Positions 49,391 through 62,931 of a stretch of 64,000 nt of DNA are shown here, in pieces (the first letter of the stretch is position 1; every line of letters begins with the position of its first letter). The notes beneath the pieces were generated by a model, which did no database searches, was not told the DNA's origin, and was given only the letters and a program-made list of their open reading frames with translations. The stretch covers positions 153,822,001-153,886,000 of the forward strand of contig OX597814.1 in NCBI GenBank assembly GCA_951406725.2. The letters are read 5' to 3'. The stretch is from Octopus vulgaris (lineage: Eukaryota). The position numbers were made by a program, and so were the translations under genes.

Positions 49391-50198
49391 TCTTTTCCTG
49401 CAGCCATCAACTTTCAACTAAGAATACTAATCTTAATAATCTCACCAGTTTTACAGGACTTGCAAAGGCATGGATACAACCCTTTGCTCCAGATCAAATC
49501 AATAATGATTTTTTTTTTTGTTTTTTAATCTAAATAAACTCGAAATTTCTATTATGTTACTAATCCATCAATTTTGGGTTTAGACAGAGATTAAGTGTTG
49601 AACAATTAGATAATGAACTTCTCATTAATTATCATATTAATCAATTCCGATTCCCTCGATAGTTAAATTATAACTATACTGAAACATGTAGAGTTAAAAG
49701 CTTTGCCCAAGGTTACAATATAGGATCACTTATTAATTACACTACTGAGACTCAATACATTTATTTCTAACTATTCCATTAATCAACTACCATTAACTAT
49801 TTTGTATTTTCTCTTATAGACTATTTTTGTATTTTCCTGTATTTTACATTCTTTCTTTTGTGACAGAATGTGTATTTGAAAGCTTCCTCTGATTTGGATA
49901 TTGGAATTGGAATATTGTGGGAGTAAATGTGTTCACAGCTGAATAGTTTCACTGGTTCAAAACACTCAACAGTGATGAGCCAGTGAGGAAGCCTCCACAG
50001 GGTTATTTCACCTGTGAGATGCAGCAGTCAAATATCCCTCATATTACCAGAATAAGTCTGGGACTTTATCAGTTTCTTCTGCTGAACTGCTAAGTTACAG
50101 CGATGTAAACAAACCAACACTGGTTGTCAAGTTGTGTGAAGGGAGACAAACAGAAAGATACACACACATACACACATGCACACACACACACGTGCACA

Positions 50199-50249
<51 letters not shown>

Positions 50250-50564
50250 GCACACATACTATCTTATATAAGAAAGAACCTGTTGGATGATAAAGTTCTT
50301 GACACATTGTCTTGACAAGAGAAAAATGTATGGTTACAGTTGGAATACATTTATCATAAATTTACATGATGACGGATGACCTGAAGCTAAACAGTAACAT
50401 CTATACATAGCACCTACTTTCAGTGAACCAAACTAAAGCATGTATCAAAAGTGTCTTCACTAGAATCCTAAATTACTGTATCAAGTTTTCAAATCATGAA
50501 CATGCTGGCAGCTAAAATACATATTCAGACATCCAAGTTGTTCTCAGAAATATGATTTTTAGAA

Positions 50565-50737
50565 TGCATGGCTGTGTGGTTAAGAAGCTTGTTTTGCAAT
50601 CACATGATTTGGGGTTCAGTCCTACTACATGGCACCCTCAGGTAAATATCCTCTACTATAGTCCCAGGATGACCAACGTCTTATGAGTGAATTTAGAGAG
50701 GGAAACACTGTGGAAGCCTGTCATATATAATGTGTGC

Positions 50738-50792
<55 letters not shown>

Positions 50793-51002
50793 CATGTGTG
50801 TGTATCTTTGTGTTTGTCCCTCTACACACAACTTGATGACTGGTGTTGCTTTGTTTACATCCATGTAACTTAACAAAAGACACTGATAAAGTACCAGACT
50901 TATTCCAGTACTGGGGTCAGTTTGTTTGACTAAATCCTTCAAGGTGATGCCCCAACAACATGGCTGCAGACAAATGACTGAACCAAGTAAAAGATAAAAG
51001 AT
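50565..51002 (+). mobile_element. SINE family A
   Basis: Head, (TG)n and (gataaaa) tail all present. Confidence 0.85.
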
Positions 51003-51049
51003 ATTTCCTAAGCATGTAGGTAGATGAATACAGAAGACAAGAGAAAGGA

Positions 51050-51330
51050 ATTGAGAGGTCACAACTTTGGTACTACATACATGTGATTACAATGTCACAG
51101 GAAAGAATTGCAGGACAGATTTTTTCAAGCCAAGCCAGGTGCCAGGAGACCTAGGGGTACACCAAGAACAAAATGATCAGTTAATATCCATAGTCTCAGT
51201 TGCTCGTGTCTGGCAATCCAGCTCGAAAATCAAATGACAGCTGTTTCTGATGGAATCCTGTGGAGGAAGAGCCAGAGGACTCTACTCATACGACCTTCCC
51301 AGGAATAGTGGGCAAAGAAGATGAATGTTC
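51050..51330 (+). pseudogene. Decayed RTE (Rex3/Expander-like) C-terminal fragment
   Basis: MSQERIAGQIFQAKPGARRPRGTPRTK*...LAIQLE...LW...LLIRPSQE*. Confidence 0.6.
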
Positions 51331-51835
51331 TATATATATTCTTGAAGTCTGACCTAATGTAAACAGCAATGTTAGTATAATACAAGACTGTATTACACGA
51401 AGGCGAACTTCTTAACCATGCCTACGCCCTAATCTCATTTAGAAAATAAATTAAGTAGTTGGAGAAGAATCTAAAATAAAAGTCTAATTAGTAATTTTCT
51501 TCATTTGTCTATAAATTAACTTAGGTTATAAAGTCAGTCTTCACAGCACTATTATTGTAATTATTTGTTTAGAAAATGCTTTAGTAAGCTTGAATGACCA
51601 AAACAAAACTAAACAAATGAATAAATAAGTACTTGCTGTTAATTAGTCGCCTGACACAGAGGACTTGCATGATTTCTGGTTTTGGTTAGATTTTATTTGA
51701 GCATCATAAAATGAATGAAATAAATATTAACAATGAATTAACTAATTAGCACTATTGTATTTTATTCTTCTTCCTGGAAACAAGAAACTAAAGTGGGTAG
51801 TAGTATAAGTGGTACTGTTCATGTTAGTATGGGGT

Positions 51836-51902
<67 letters not shown>
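51836..51902. repeat. (TAG)n microsatellite
   Basis: Seen directly. Confidence 0.98.
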
Positions 51903-52845
51903 AACAAAAATTTTGAGAAAAATACACCATCAATAATAACAATGAGTTGAGCTAATGAGGGAATGTTTCTGTGGTCAGTCGACCAGCAAGAAATAGCAGC
52001 TAAAATCTTCCTCAGATCACGCCCAACTGTCATTAAAACAGTATAAAAAAGCACACTGAATGACGTAGTCCAAAATAGAATATGTAGTATGAAAAGAAAG
52101 AAGATGAGGTGGTCATGGCTGGAACGCCTTTGATCATAAGTCTTCTTGATGAAAGTTGACCTAGAGCTAAACAACTATAACAGCACAATAAGAGTGAGTA
52201 ACTTGCCTCAATGTTGTTATAAAGTCAATTAACTGAAGTTTATTAAGTCTCTCTCTTGAGAGCTATTATTTCTGAACAATACTCATTTGGCTGTCCCTCA
52301 TTAATGTTTCCCTTTGTCAAGATACCTAAGTAATGTCACCCTGTCCAGCTAAGATAATTTGCAGCCATTAACCTAGTCAAAATTATTCAACTTTATAGAC
52401 ATCAAATCGTTGTAGCGTGGAAACTTAGAAAAATCACTTCAAAATATTTTTAAATGAGATTCTAATTTAATGAGAGTTTGTAAAATTACATTATTCTATT
52501 ACAAAATTACTTTTAATTATATCATATCATTAAGCCATTACAATGACTAATTATTGCTTTCATATTAATTCTATGCCTCATTTTATCATACCATTGGTAT
52601 TCTGTTTTTATATCAATTGTTACCTTTATATGATACTACTTTATGACTAACCCTACATGTAGTATACCATATTTCTATATTGTGTGTATATTGTATATAT
52701 CAGACAATGAGAGAACTGCTACATGGTAATTCAAGCTGCTACAAATAACAACCAAATCTGTTGTTTCATATGCTTTCAACATCATCATCATCGTTGCTTA
52801 ACATTTATTTGATGATGATGATGATGGGGTGGTGGTGGTGCTGCT

Positions 52846-53293
52846 GTTGTTGTTGTTGTTGTTGTTAAGCAAAAAGACGGGTAAGGGTGATTTCACTGCG
52901 TCCATTCTGTGGGTTGGGAGACATCTGGCAGGTTGGGAGCGGAAGTCCACTTTTCCCAGATCCGAAGGACAAGGAGAGAGTCACTGGCCAGAGCGTCTGG
53001 GGATGGGGGGTGGGTGGCATTTGTGGCGGGCGATGGATCCGTGGACAGTCGTAGATGACATGCTGCTGCTGCTGCTGCTGTTGTTGTTGTTGTTGTTAAG
53101 CAACAAGACGGGTAAGGGTGATTAAGTGATGGTCTAGGGCTTAGGGGCAGGAGACCCCAGACCTTAGAAAAAAGAAAAAATCCTTTGGTCGTCTTGTTGT
53201 AGTCGAGGGCTCTTCATTAACGCCCAACACCACTGGGAGGTGGCCCTCGAAATCACTGGAAATGGAGATCTCCAGGTCCAAATTCTTGAACGG
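52846..53293 (-). mobile_element. Two tandem fragments of an I-group-like LINE with (AAC)n tails
   Basis: Minus strand HVIYDCP (end of a CCHC knuckle) at about 53061; endonuclease-end-like SISS...HLPVVL at about 53270; both fragments share the 3' end aatcacccttacccgtct(t/tg)ttgcttaacaac. Confidence 0.6.
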
Positions 53294-54933
53294 CTGCTGC
53301 TGCTGTTGTTGTTGGTAGCATATATGTTGATGGAGATTTGGTTGTGACTTATAGCAGCTTGAATTATCATGTTTAGAGGTTCCCTAGAAGGAGACTTTGT
53401 ATGATGTCCTTGATACACACTATCAAGATAAAAGAGGGGACAGATGCACCAGTAAGGCTTTAGATCAAAGCTCTGCACAAACAAAGCTGACCTAGAACTA
53501 ATCAACAATAAGTATAATAAGCCTCATTCATGGTCAGATAGTTAAGAAATGAATTTCTCAATAATGAGAACCTGTGTTCAATCCTACTGTGTGGTATCTT
53601 GATCAAGTAATTTCTATCTAAGCCTCAAGTTGACCCAAACCTCAATGAGTACTAGTGATTAGAGAGCAACAGCTGAATGGATTGCAGGTTAGCCTTGTTA
53701 TACACTTATATGGATTTTGGCTGAGGATCACATTAAGGATACAAGTGTTTATAGAATACTCAACCATTTACACTATAATTTAATGAGTCAGTATTTTTGT
53801 TGATTGAATAACACAAACATCCTGGACAACATCCACAGAAAGACCAATTGACTGATATGCATTAAATCACTAACAGGCACACTCTAACGTCTTGTCCATG
53901 TGTGTTCTATCTCTTCTCACTTGTTTTCATCATTACTATAAATCACTAGTCTCAAACCTCCTCTACTCAGGCACCCTTGATTTTCCTATCTCTCCACCTC
54001 TTGTCATCTTTACTGCATCCAACAACTCACCCATCCAATATCACACCAAGCACTTTAAGCCAAGTTCTTCTTCCCCAGAATATCAACCCACAGGAATTTT
54101 CTTCCTGCTCATGTATTTTCTGCAGGTGTTAACTTGCAACATTTTAAATGGAACATTAATAGCATCAAGTTTGGGGTCATCTACAACCTTGATCTACTCT
54201 CAAACTGGGAACAGGCAAAATGAGCCACTCCTCTACTGATTGGAGGTGGCTGTTTTGCAGACATAATGAATACACAGTGCCAAGATAGACTTGAATTCTA
54301 TTTCTGGTTGCTAGATTTTCACTCAGTGTATTAAACAACGAGGATATAGTAGAATACATTCACCTGAGATACTACCCATTAGGACTAAACTCAGAGCCAT
54401 ATGGTTATGAAGCAACCTTTCTAACTATACAGCCCCTATACTGTTATTTTATTTTTCAATTCCTTTTTTAAGAGCTAACAGCTCAGTGAGACAGATAGTA
54501 TAGTTCTTTAATAGGGACTGAGGGTTCAAGTGTAGCCATTAGAATTTCTCTCTAATATGGATATGAAAATAAGGATGTAATGCAGTATATTAAAATTTAC
54601 CAATGTAGTTGTACAGTTGAAGAATAATATTTACAAATAGATAATGTCTTTCGTTTCATTCTATAAATAAGAGTGGTAACATTTTGATGTGAAGTGAAAA
54701 ATAAAAAGATAAGAACTCTCAAGACAGAAAAGGTAGCAAATGTATAAACAAGGATGATAGTTTCACAGATGCTGCCTACAAAGATTGCATGTTCAATATA
54801 ACTTGTGCAGACTGTACACCATCTAAAGAATCTAATGCTTCACACACGCATGCACATATATAGTTCAAATTTACAGAAAACAAAAGACAGGTGAGGGAAC
54901 AACAATGTATGTATATATCTATCTGTGTATATA

Positions 54934-55809
54934 CAGTGTGTGACGAGTAAATTGTTGCCATTTTATGTCTTTAATTTCGCACATGCACATTGTTTGTTTT
55001 TGATTTTGTCAACTACACTATGCAGTAGGGTCAGTTGGGCACTGTCTGTGAGAAAACAGCACCATGACGCAATTCACTCTGCCAGAAATTTGGAAACAAA
55101 AAGCTGTACTGCTTGGCATTCACATCCAAAGCTTCAATATGAACATTTCAGAGTGTTTGGTATCAATCTGCGGACAGTGCATGTACCGAGAGTGATAAAA
55201 ATCAAACATCCACTCAACATCATGGTATTTGGAGTGATCACTAGTGATGATGATGTTATGCCTCCATACATCTTCGCACATGGCCTCAAACTCAACACAG
55301 AAGCCTAAATCAAGTGCCTGGAGGAGGTAGTGCTGCCCTGGATCAAGAGGGTGGCTACTGGAGGACTCTATATCTGGCAACAGGACCTTGCACCATGCCA
55401 CACAAGCAGGAGAACCCAGTCATGGCTGTCAAACAATTTCTGTAACCACATCACCTCTAACATCTGGCCACCAAACTCTCCAGACAACAACTCTCTTGAT
55501 TATCATGTGTGGGGTGCAGTTGAGCAAGAGACCAACAAAACTCCTTGTAACACCAAAGATGAACTGAAGGCAAGCATTATAGCAGCATTCACCAACTTAA
55601 ACAAGGAGACCGTCCACAAGAACTACAGGACATTCCAAAGTCGTCTAGAGGGTATGGTTGAAGCCAATGGCGATTTTATTGAATAAATTTACTCTTTAGT
55701 ATTTCAAGATATTTTTATGTAATTTTGGTAAATATATCTGTTAAAATGAGATGTCAGTGTTATTTTCATTTTTGCACAATTTAGATGACAGTTTATTCAC
55801 CGCACCCTG
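54934..55809 (+). mobile_element. Internally deleted DD37D (maT) Tc1/mariner element
   Basis: TA-cagtgtgtgacgagtaaattg / cagtttattcaccgcaccctg termini; WQQDLAPCH...WPPNSPDNNSLDY gives 37 residues between the second and third Asp; in-frame stop and frameshifts. Confidence 0.92.
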
Positions 55810-57499
55810 TTGTGTATATATTTTGGTTCTCTATAACCTTTGAACCATACAGTTTTCAAAATAACTGTGGAATTTATATATAATATCAATATGTAATATC
55901 GATAAAAAAAATTGCTCTTTTTTTTTTTACAGATAGTAGATATTTCTCAATTTGTCATTTTGTAATAGATCTTCAAATGGTGAACACCCCACTGATAAGC
56001 TCTTGACTATGAGGATTGTCTCCAATCTTAGAAAATATTCCATAGTTATTTTATCTTATTTATTTATTCTTTGCATGCTGGTATCATTGATATTTTCACA
56101 TAAAAAGAAAACAAAATATCATAACAGTCAAAACAAAAAGAAGTCTTCAATTACCAACACTAACAGCAAATGTAAAATGGTTTTTTTTCCAGTAGCTTCT
56201 GCTAAACAGTTGAATATTTCCCTGAAACTTTGTCAACTGACACATTAGTTCAGCAACAAGGCAGAAACTACTTTTGTTTCAATGTTAATGCAATGCAATT
56301 TCAACATCAATTTTTTCTTTTCCATTTTAGTTTAAAAAAAAAATTTGAAACGAACAATTTTTACAGAATCTTTCAGTTGAAAGAACCAAATGTCATTTTA
56401 TATCCACCATTAAATATACTGGAGTGTGTTTTCGACTGTAAATATGCAGTATGTTAATTTTAAAAATTGGAAATTACCCGTGCAAATAATTAAGGGTAAG
56501 AAAATGTTTTATAACTTGAGAAAAATATATAATTTGATGAAATGCTTTACAAGTGTTCATTTTTCCTTTTTTCTTTTTTTTCAGCTTTTCCTTCTACAAG
56601 AGCAAGAAAATTGAAATGTTCTTGACAAATGTGATATTAATAAAAGTCCAAAAATGAAAGATCATTTACAAATTGCCACCCACTGAGAAGCTCCTATTTA
56701 CAACCACTGAACATAAATGATGTATCATTTCTACAGAGAAGCAGTTCCTGAAAGATATGTTAGATGTGTATAAAAATGAAATTTCATTGCTTCCAAATTT
56801 CTTTAGAATTTTTGGATTTTTCCTACTTTCTTATTCTCCTCACCCCTTCACTCCACTTCTCTTTCTCTCTCTCTTTCTACTGTCACAGGTTCATTTTCTC
56901 TCTAATGTTATGTTGCTATGGAACAAAAGAGGAAAAGGTAGAGATAAAGATTATTGATTGACTTATTTCATCAAAGAAAAACCAAATGAAACTATAACCA
57001 AAAATCAGTGAACTGATTAGTATAGTAACATGATGGAAGAGCTAAAGCAAGGATGGAAGAATGTTGCCAAGAAATTTTATTGATTATCTCTTAATTTCTT
57101 TATCAAATTTTTTTTCAGATAACTTTGTCAATATTTTGTGATTTCTGTTTCAGTAGAGTTTTTGCTTTCATTTATCAAGTTCCAAAACTGAATCAAATTG
57201 TTAGAGTAGCAAAATTAGAGAACAGCTAAAAGATAACTAAAATCTGAAATATTTTAGTAGTATTATAACACATTCTTAGAGGATGCAAAACAAAATTTGA
57301 GATCATGTAAAGTATTCTTTGGATAATTTGAAATATTCAGCAAAGTGGGAGGGGGATACTCTATGATCACCTGAAATATTTCTTTAATAATCCCAATCTC
57401 TTAGAATACGAAAAGATGTTTTGAAAGGAAAGAAAATATTCCATGAAGATATGCAAAATGCGAAACATATGAAATATCCTAAAAGAGGTATACGATTTT

Positions 57500-57900
57500 G
57501 AGAATGCGTACTGTTCTACAATGTGAAATGTGAATATGTGCAATTTTTACTTTATGAAATGTGTGTGTTATTTCAGTAATGTGAAATATGTCAAAGAAAA
57601 ATGTGTGTGTGTGTATGTGCACTTGATGGCAACAATGAGAAATGTCTATACACATGTGTTATTTCTGCATATGCACAATGAGCATTATTTATGCAGTATG
57701 TACAACTGTGTTATTTTTACAATGTGACCATGTATGTAATTGTACAGTGTGTATATGTGTTTGTTATTTTTACAATGTGAAAAGAATGTGTATGAGTTTG
57801 TTATTACTACAATGTAAAATATGTGTTCTGCTTCCACAATAAGATATACATGTAAAATATGTTATACTTCTACAGTGCAAAATATGTGTGTGCTATGCAT
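57500..57900. repeat. Degenerate minisatellite (tgtgttatttctacaatgtgaaa-like units)
   Basis: About 9-10 diverged units visible. Confidence 0.65.
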
Positions 57901-58549
57901 ATGTGTGTCATGAGTCAATATGGATGTAGCCTGAAGACCTATACATATTTGTCCCCTTTGGTGAATGGGAAGGGGGAATATTTTATATGCACTGCTGGTA
58001 TGTGAAATGCTTCATAATACATATATCTTTTCTTATACATTATTATATGTAATTACCAATATCTTTTACTACTTTTTTTTAAGGAACAGCAGCTCAATGT
58101 GATCACTCAATCTACTAGAAAAAGCAGTCAAATCTCCCTCAAAATACACTCTATCATTTTGAAAATTGAAAGGACACATGGGATAATGAAGTACCATATA
58201 CCTGGTTGATCAAGGCTCGTTGATTATAGCTGAAATGCCTTTGATCGTTACATCAGTTGAATCAGAGAAAATTTAGGATTATGCAAAATTGGCAATTTCT
58301 TTTATTTCTTTTATTTGCTTACTATTATTTTATCGTTTTATTTCATTTCATTTTATTTTATATTTTTCTCAAATACAAAATAAAATGTAAATATAAATAT
58401 AAATAAAAATATAAATAACATGGGTATTCCTTTTTTTTCTAACGTGTTAAACCACCAATTACATTTTTTAAAGTTTTTCCTGCAACCACCTACTAATCAT
58501 TCCTTCAAAGTTTTCAAAATATACTTCTAGGTTTAGCTTGGCACTGGAT

Positions 58550-59099
58550 CTACATAAACAGCACTGGTGCTGGTGCCATGAAAAAAAGCATTGGTGCTGG
58601 TGCCGGATAAAAAGCACTGGTGATGGTTCCACATAAGCAGCACTTATGTTGGTGCCACATAAAAAGCACTGAAGATGGTGTCACATAAAAAGCACTGGTA
58701 ATGGTGCCATGAAAAAAGCACTGGTGGTGGTGCCACATAAAAGTACTAGTGATGGTGTCACATAAAAAGTACCAGAACTGGTGCTACATAAAAAGCTCCC
58801 AGTACACACTGTAAAGTGATTGGCATTAGAAATGGCATTCAGCTGTAGAAATCAAGACAAAACAGATGTTAAATGATTATAGTCATGGCCAGTGTCAGTG
58901 TTTCGTAACTGGTACCTATGCTGATGGCACGTAAAAAGTACCCAGTGCACTCTTTGAGTAGTTGGCATCTGGAAGGGCATCCAGCTGTAGAAACCATGCC
59001 AAATTAGATTGGAAACTGGTGCAGCTCCCCAGCTTACCAGTTTTCAGTCAAACTGTCCAACCCATGCCAGCATGGAAAACGGACTACTACTACTACTAC

Positions 59100-59146
<47 letters not shown>
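58550..59146 (+). mobile_element. Older RTE 3'-tail repeats with ~29-bp tandem array (58550-58800)
   Basis: About 9 units of tggtg(c/a)tggtgccacataaaaagcac followed by two family tails. Confidence 0.85.
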
Positions 59147-59147
<1 letters not shown>

Positions 59148-59745
59148 GGAGGAGGAGGAGGAGGAGGAGGAGGAGGGGGTAGGAGGACGGCGACGACGAT
59201 GGTGATGAAGCATAACTGTGGGTGAGTGCACGTAGAATACTGTACATGTGAATGAAGAAATATCTATATGGTTGATCATTCTCCCAGGAAAATATAGCAC
59301 ATATTCTTCATATCAAACTTAACAAGAAAAGAGATATTGGATAGAGTAGTAGTCCTAGATTCATGTGACAGATTCTTTGAAACATAAAACATAAAAAATA
59401 AATATAGCAATAAAAATCAGAAACCAAGGAAACTAATGATTTACATCAATAACAATTAGTCCATAGGAGAGTCTCTGGCTGAGAGCTTGATAAGTTCAAA
59501 TGTTATGAGGAGTGAAAAATTTAATGTTTCACAGCCTTGTCCTTTGTCTGAAAGTGAGAAAGATAGAGAAAGTGGTGTTGTCACTTGAGTTATGGGCAGG
59601 TAAAATAAGCGAATTCATCTGGTCAATGAAAGACCCAAGGTAGTGACTTTCATGGCAACCACTATGTGAGTGTGTGTGTGTGCATGGTTGTCATAGAATT
59701 TCCATGGGAAAATACAAAGGTGGTTTTGTATTGGTTTTTCTTCAG

Positions 59746-59781
<36 letters not shown>

Positions 59782-60325
59782 GAGTGAGAGAGCAGTGCAT
59801 GCCATCAAAGTGACACTGGAGTAAAATATATGAAGCCCAGTATACCCATCATGACTACTCGTATGGTAAGGGTACACCAGGCACATGCATCACAACCATA
59901 TGTGTGCGACATGGTGATCTCATATCAAGATAAATAGCGCATGACCTTGCAGGTGGGGCTCAGTTATAATTTTCTTCAGGTTGAGTAACCCATCCTGCTC
60001 AAAAGGTGCCTGAATAAAGGTTGTTTAAGGATGTTGAACGAAACATCCATGTTTCCAGAGGTGAATTATTCAAACCCCAAAGAATCCCTCTCAACATATG
60101 GCTATGATGCTCCCCCACTATTTCTGCTCATGATCAGAGATGCACATATTGTCAACCACTAAGGGACAGGCTCAACTGGTTAAGGTCAAACAACTGACAA
60201 GCAAATCTGTGGTATTTACTGTAGCCCTTCTTTTATACCAAGACAAAACAATGTACATGATAACACTTCTAATCAGTTAAGATCAGGAGGCATGAGAGCC
60301 ACTGTCTGGTACTGCATCAGGGCAT
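59782..60325 (-). mobile_element. ~545-bp non-coding element embedded in (TAA)n; partial second copy at 60361-60615
   Basis: The two copies are highly similar, share the same end (gagtgagag..cagtgcatgcc) and are each bounded by (ATT)n. Confidence 0.75.
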
Positions 60326-60615
60326 TTATTATTATTATTATTATTATTATCATTATTATTGAGTGAGAGAACAGTGCATGCCATGAAAGTGACACTGAGG
60401 TAAAATATACGAAGCCCAGTATACCCATCATGACTACCCGCCTAATAAGGGTACACTAGGTACATGCATCACAACCATATGTGTGCGACATGGTGATCTT
60501 ATATCAAGATAAATAGCACATGACCTTGCAGGTGGGGCCCAGTTAGAATTTTCTTTTGGTCGAGTAACCTATCCCACTCAAAAGGTCCCTGAATAAGGGT
60601 TGTTTAAGGGTGTTG

Positions 60616-60671
<56 letters not shown>

Positions 60672-60703
60672 TATTATTATTATGATGATGATGATGATGA
60701 TTA

Positions 60704-61184
60704 TGTGATGAAAACTCACAGCTTATTTTGCTTGGGTACGATGGAAAGTGTCAGCTGTCCACAGCCAGCAGACTAAGGTGACACTTGTATACTGGTCATG
60801 TTTCAAGAACCCTGCAAAAAATTCTTGCAGTTCCAAGCAATGCTGATTTTTGTAGGTGTTCTACTTTCACACTTGTATCAATTTTTTTGAACCATGTTGA
60901 TAGTTGAGTGCTGATACTTCTAAGTGCACCAATTACTATTGGTATCATGTCTGCTCTCCTCATTACCACAACCTTTGTATTTCCCACTTCAAATCGTCAT
61001 AGCTGTTTATTTTTTCTTCTTTCTCTTTGATCCAGTTGTCACTGGGACATGTTATGTCAATTATCAGGTATGTTCTTTCTTTTTTATTCACCACAACAAT
61101 CTTTGGTTTCCAATGTCTGGTCAGGTGATTGCACTGAATCATTGCATTCCACAGGATTTTGCAATTCTCATTCTCGGTGACTCT
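60704..61184 (-). mobile_element. R4/Dong-type non-LTR retrotransposon 3' fragment (restriction-like endonuclease)
   Basis: ENENCKILW...KPKIVVV...LIIDITCP.D...KE.K...YDDLKWEIQRLW...IPIVIGAL...LQKSALLGTARI; tail runs into (TAA)n. Confidence 0.88.
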
Positions 61185-61199
61185 ATTATTGTGATTTAA

Positions 61200-61421
61200 G
61201 ACAACAAGCTGGTAGAACCATTAGCATGCTGAATGAAATGTTTAGCAGTATTTTGCCTGTCACTACATTCTGAGTTCAAATTCTGCTGAGGTCGACTTTG
61301 CTTTTTATCCTTTTGGGGTCAATAAATTAAGAACCAGTGAAACACTGGGGTTGATATAATCAACTAGTCCCCTCCCACCAAATTTCAGGCCTTTGAAAGA
61401 AAGGGTTATTATTATTATTCA

Positions 61422-61481
<60 letters not shown>

Positions 61482-62016
61482 TTTATTTATTTATTTATTT
61501 ATTTATTTATTTTGCACAAAAGGTGGCAAACTGGCAGAATTGTTAGCACGCCAGGCAAAATGCTTAATGGTATTTCGTCTGCGTTACGTTGTGAGTTCAA
61601 ATTCCGCCGAGGTCGACTTTGCTTTCATCCTTTTGGGGTCGATAAATTAAGTACCAGTTACGCACTGGGGTCGATGTAATCGACTTAATACCTATGTCTG
61701 TCCTTGTTTGTCCCGTCTGTGTTTAGCCCCTTGTGGGTAATAAAGAAATAGGTATTTCATCTGTTTTCATGTTCTGAGTTCAAATTCCACCAAGGTTGAC
61801 ATTGCCTTTCATCCTTTCGGGGTCGATTAAATAAGTACCAGTTGCACACTGGGGATCGATGTAATCAACTTAATTCCTTTGTCTGTCCTTGCTTGTCCCC
61901 TCTATGTTTTGTCCCCTGTGGGCAATAAAGAAATAATTATTATTTAGCACACCGGGCAAAATACTTAGTGGCAGTTCATCTGTCTTTACATTCTGAGTTC
62001 AAATTTCACTGAGGTT
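61200..62016 (+). mobile_element. Cluster of four family B SINE copies (61200-61395, 61520-61750, 61751-61936, 61944-62016)
   Basis: Repeated gagttcaaattc...gaggtcgactttgc and ggggtcgataaa motifs. Confidence 0.9.
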
Positions 62017-62931
62017 ACTCTTTTGTGCTAAAACAAAAAGAAACTTTAGAGGGTGCATAAATTACATGAGTAGATCATGTAACTTTTTGGAAATTTTGGA
62101 AATTTTTTTTTGTTGAAAAATGACGTACAAGTGTAAACATTCATACCAGAAGTTGACTCATTTAATATCAGAATAGGTTTTTACAGAAAAAATATAATGA
62201 AGTGGACTTTTATTTATGCTAGACAATATAATGCTTACTTTTTCTGTATAAATTTACAGAAACTATTAAATGGTTAACTACTTTTTGAAGTTTGACGTTC
62301 ATGCTGGTAATCATGTTCTGGGCCATATTTTACTGTATTTAACACCGACAACAACATTATAATTCATTCTTGCATGTGTAAACTCAGTAAGTGAATATGA
62401 TTTAGCGTTCCTACAGAAACCTTCATTTACCTTATACGTTGTTTAATGTTGAATATGCAAGGGAAGAATTATATAGTAAAATATTGGGTTGGCAACTATG
62501 TTCCCACCATTATTTTTAATTTTGGAATTTATTGCCTTTTTAAATTTTGGAATCTATTTTTTTCAAGAATTCTATTTTTGAATCATTTTGGAATCTAATA
62601 ATTTTTTTTACTATCTAACTTATCCTTCATTTATTTTATTATATAATTCTTCCTTTGCATATCTAAGTATTGTTCTTTCCTTTTATTTAAATTTATATAC
62701 TATTTTACATACATTTATATTTTACTTTACTTTTGTATCATAATTTCTTACTTTACCATTATTTGTATGTTATTTTTATTTTTTATTTTATTTTATTTTA
62801 TCTTTACTTACATCTATAATTCACTAGCTAAATACATACGCATAATATATATGTTCTAACTTCTTAAACTTATTAGTAATTTGTCTGCATCCTTTCATGA
62901 AATATGTTCACCTTTGCAGTATAAGATCACA

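Noticed and set aside
59515-59552. Very degenerate hammerhead-like motif on the minus strand
   Set aside because: Too many core mismatches to call.
60270-60325. U2 snRNA-like taagatca or an HDV-like ribozyme at the element end
   Set aside because: The match to U2 is only about 8 nt, and I could not build the nested double pseudoknot by eye.
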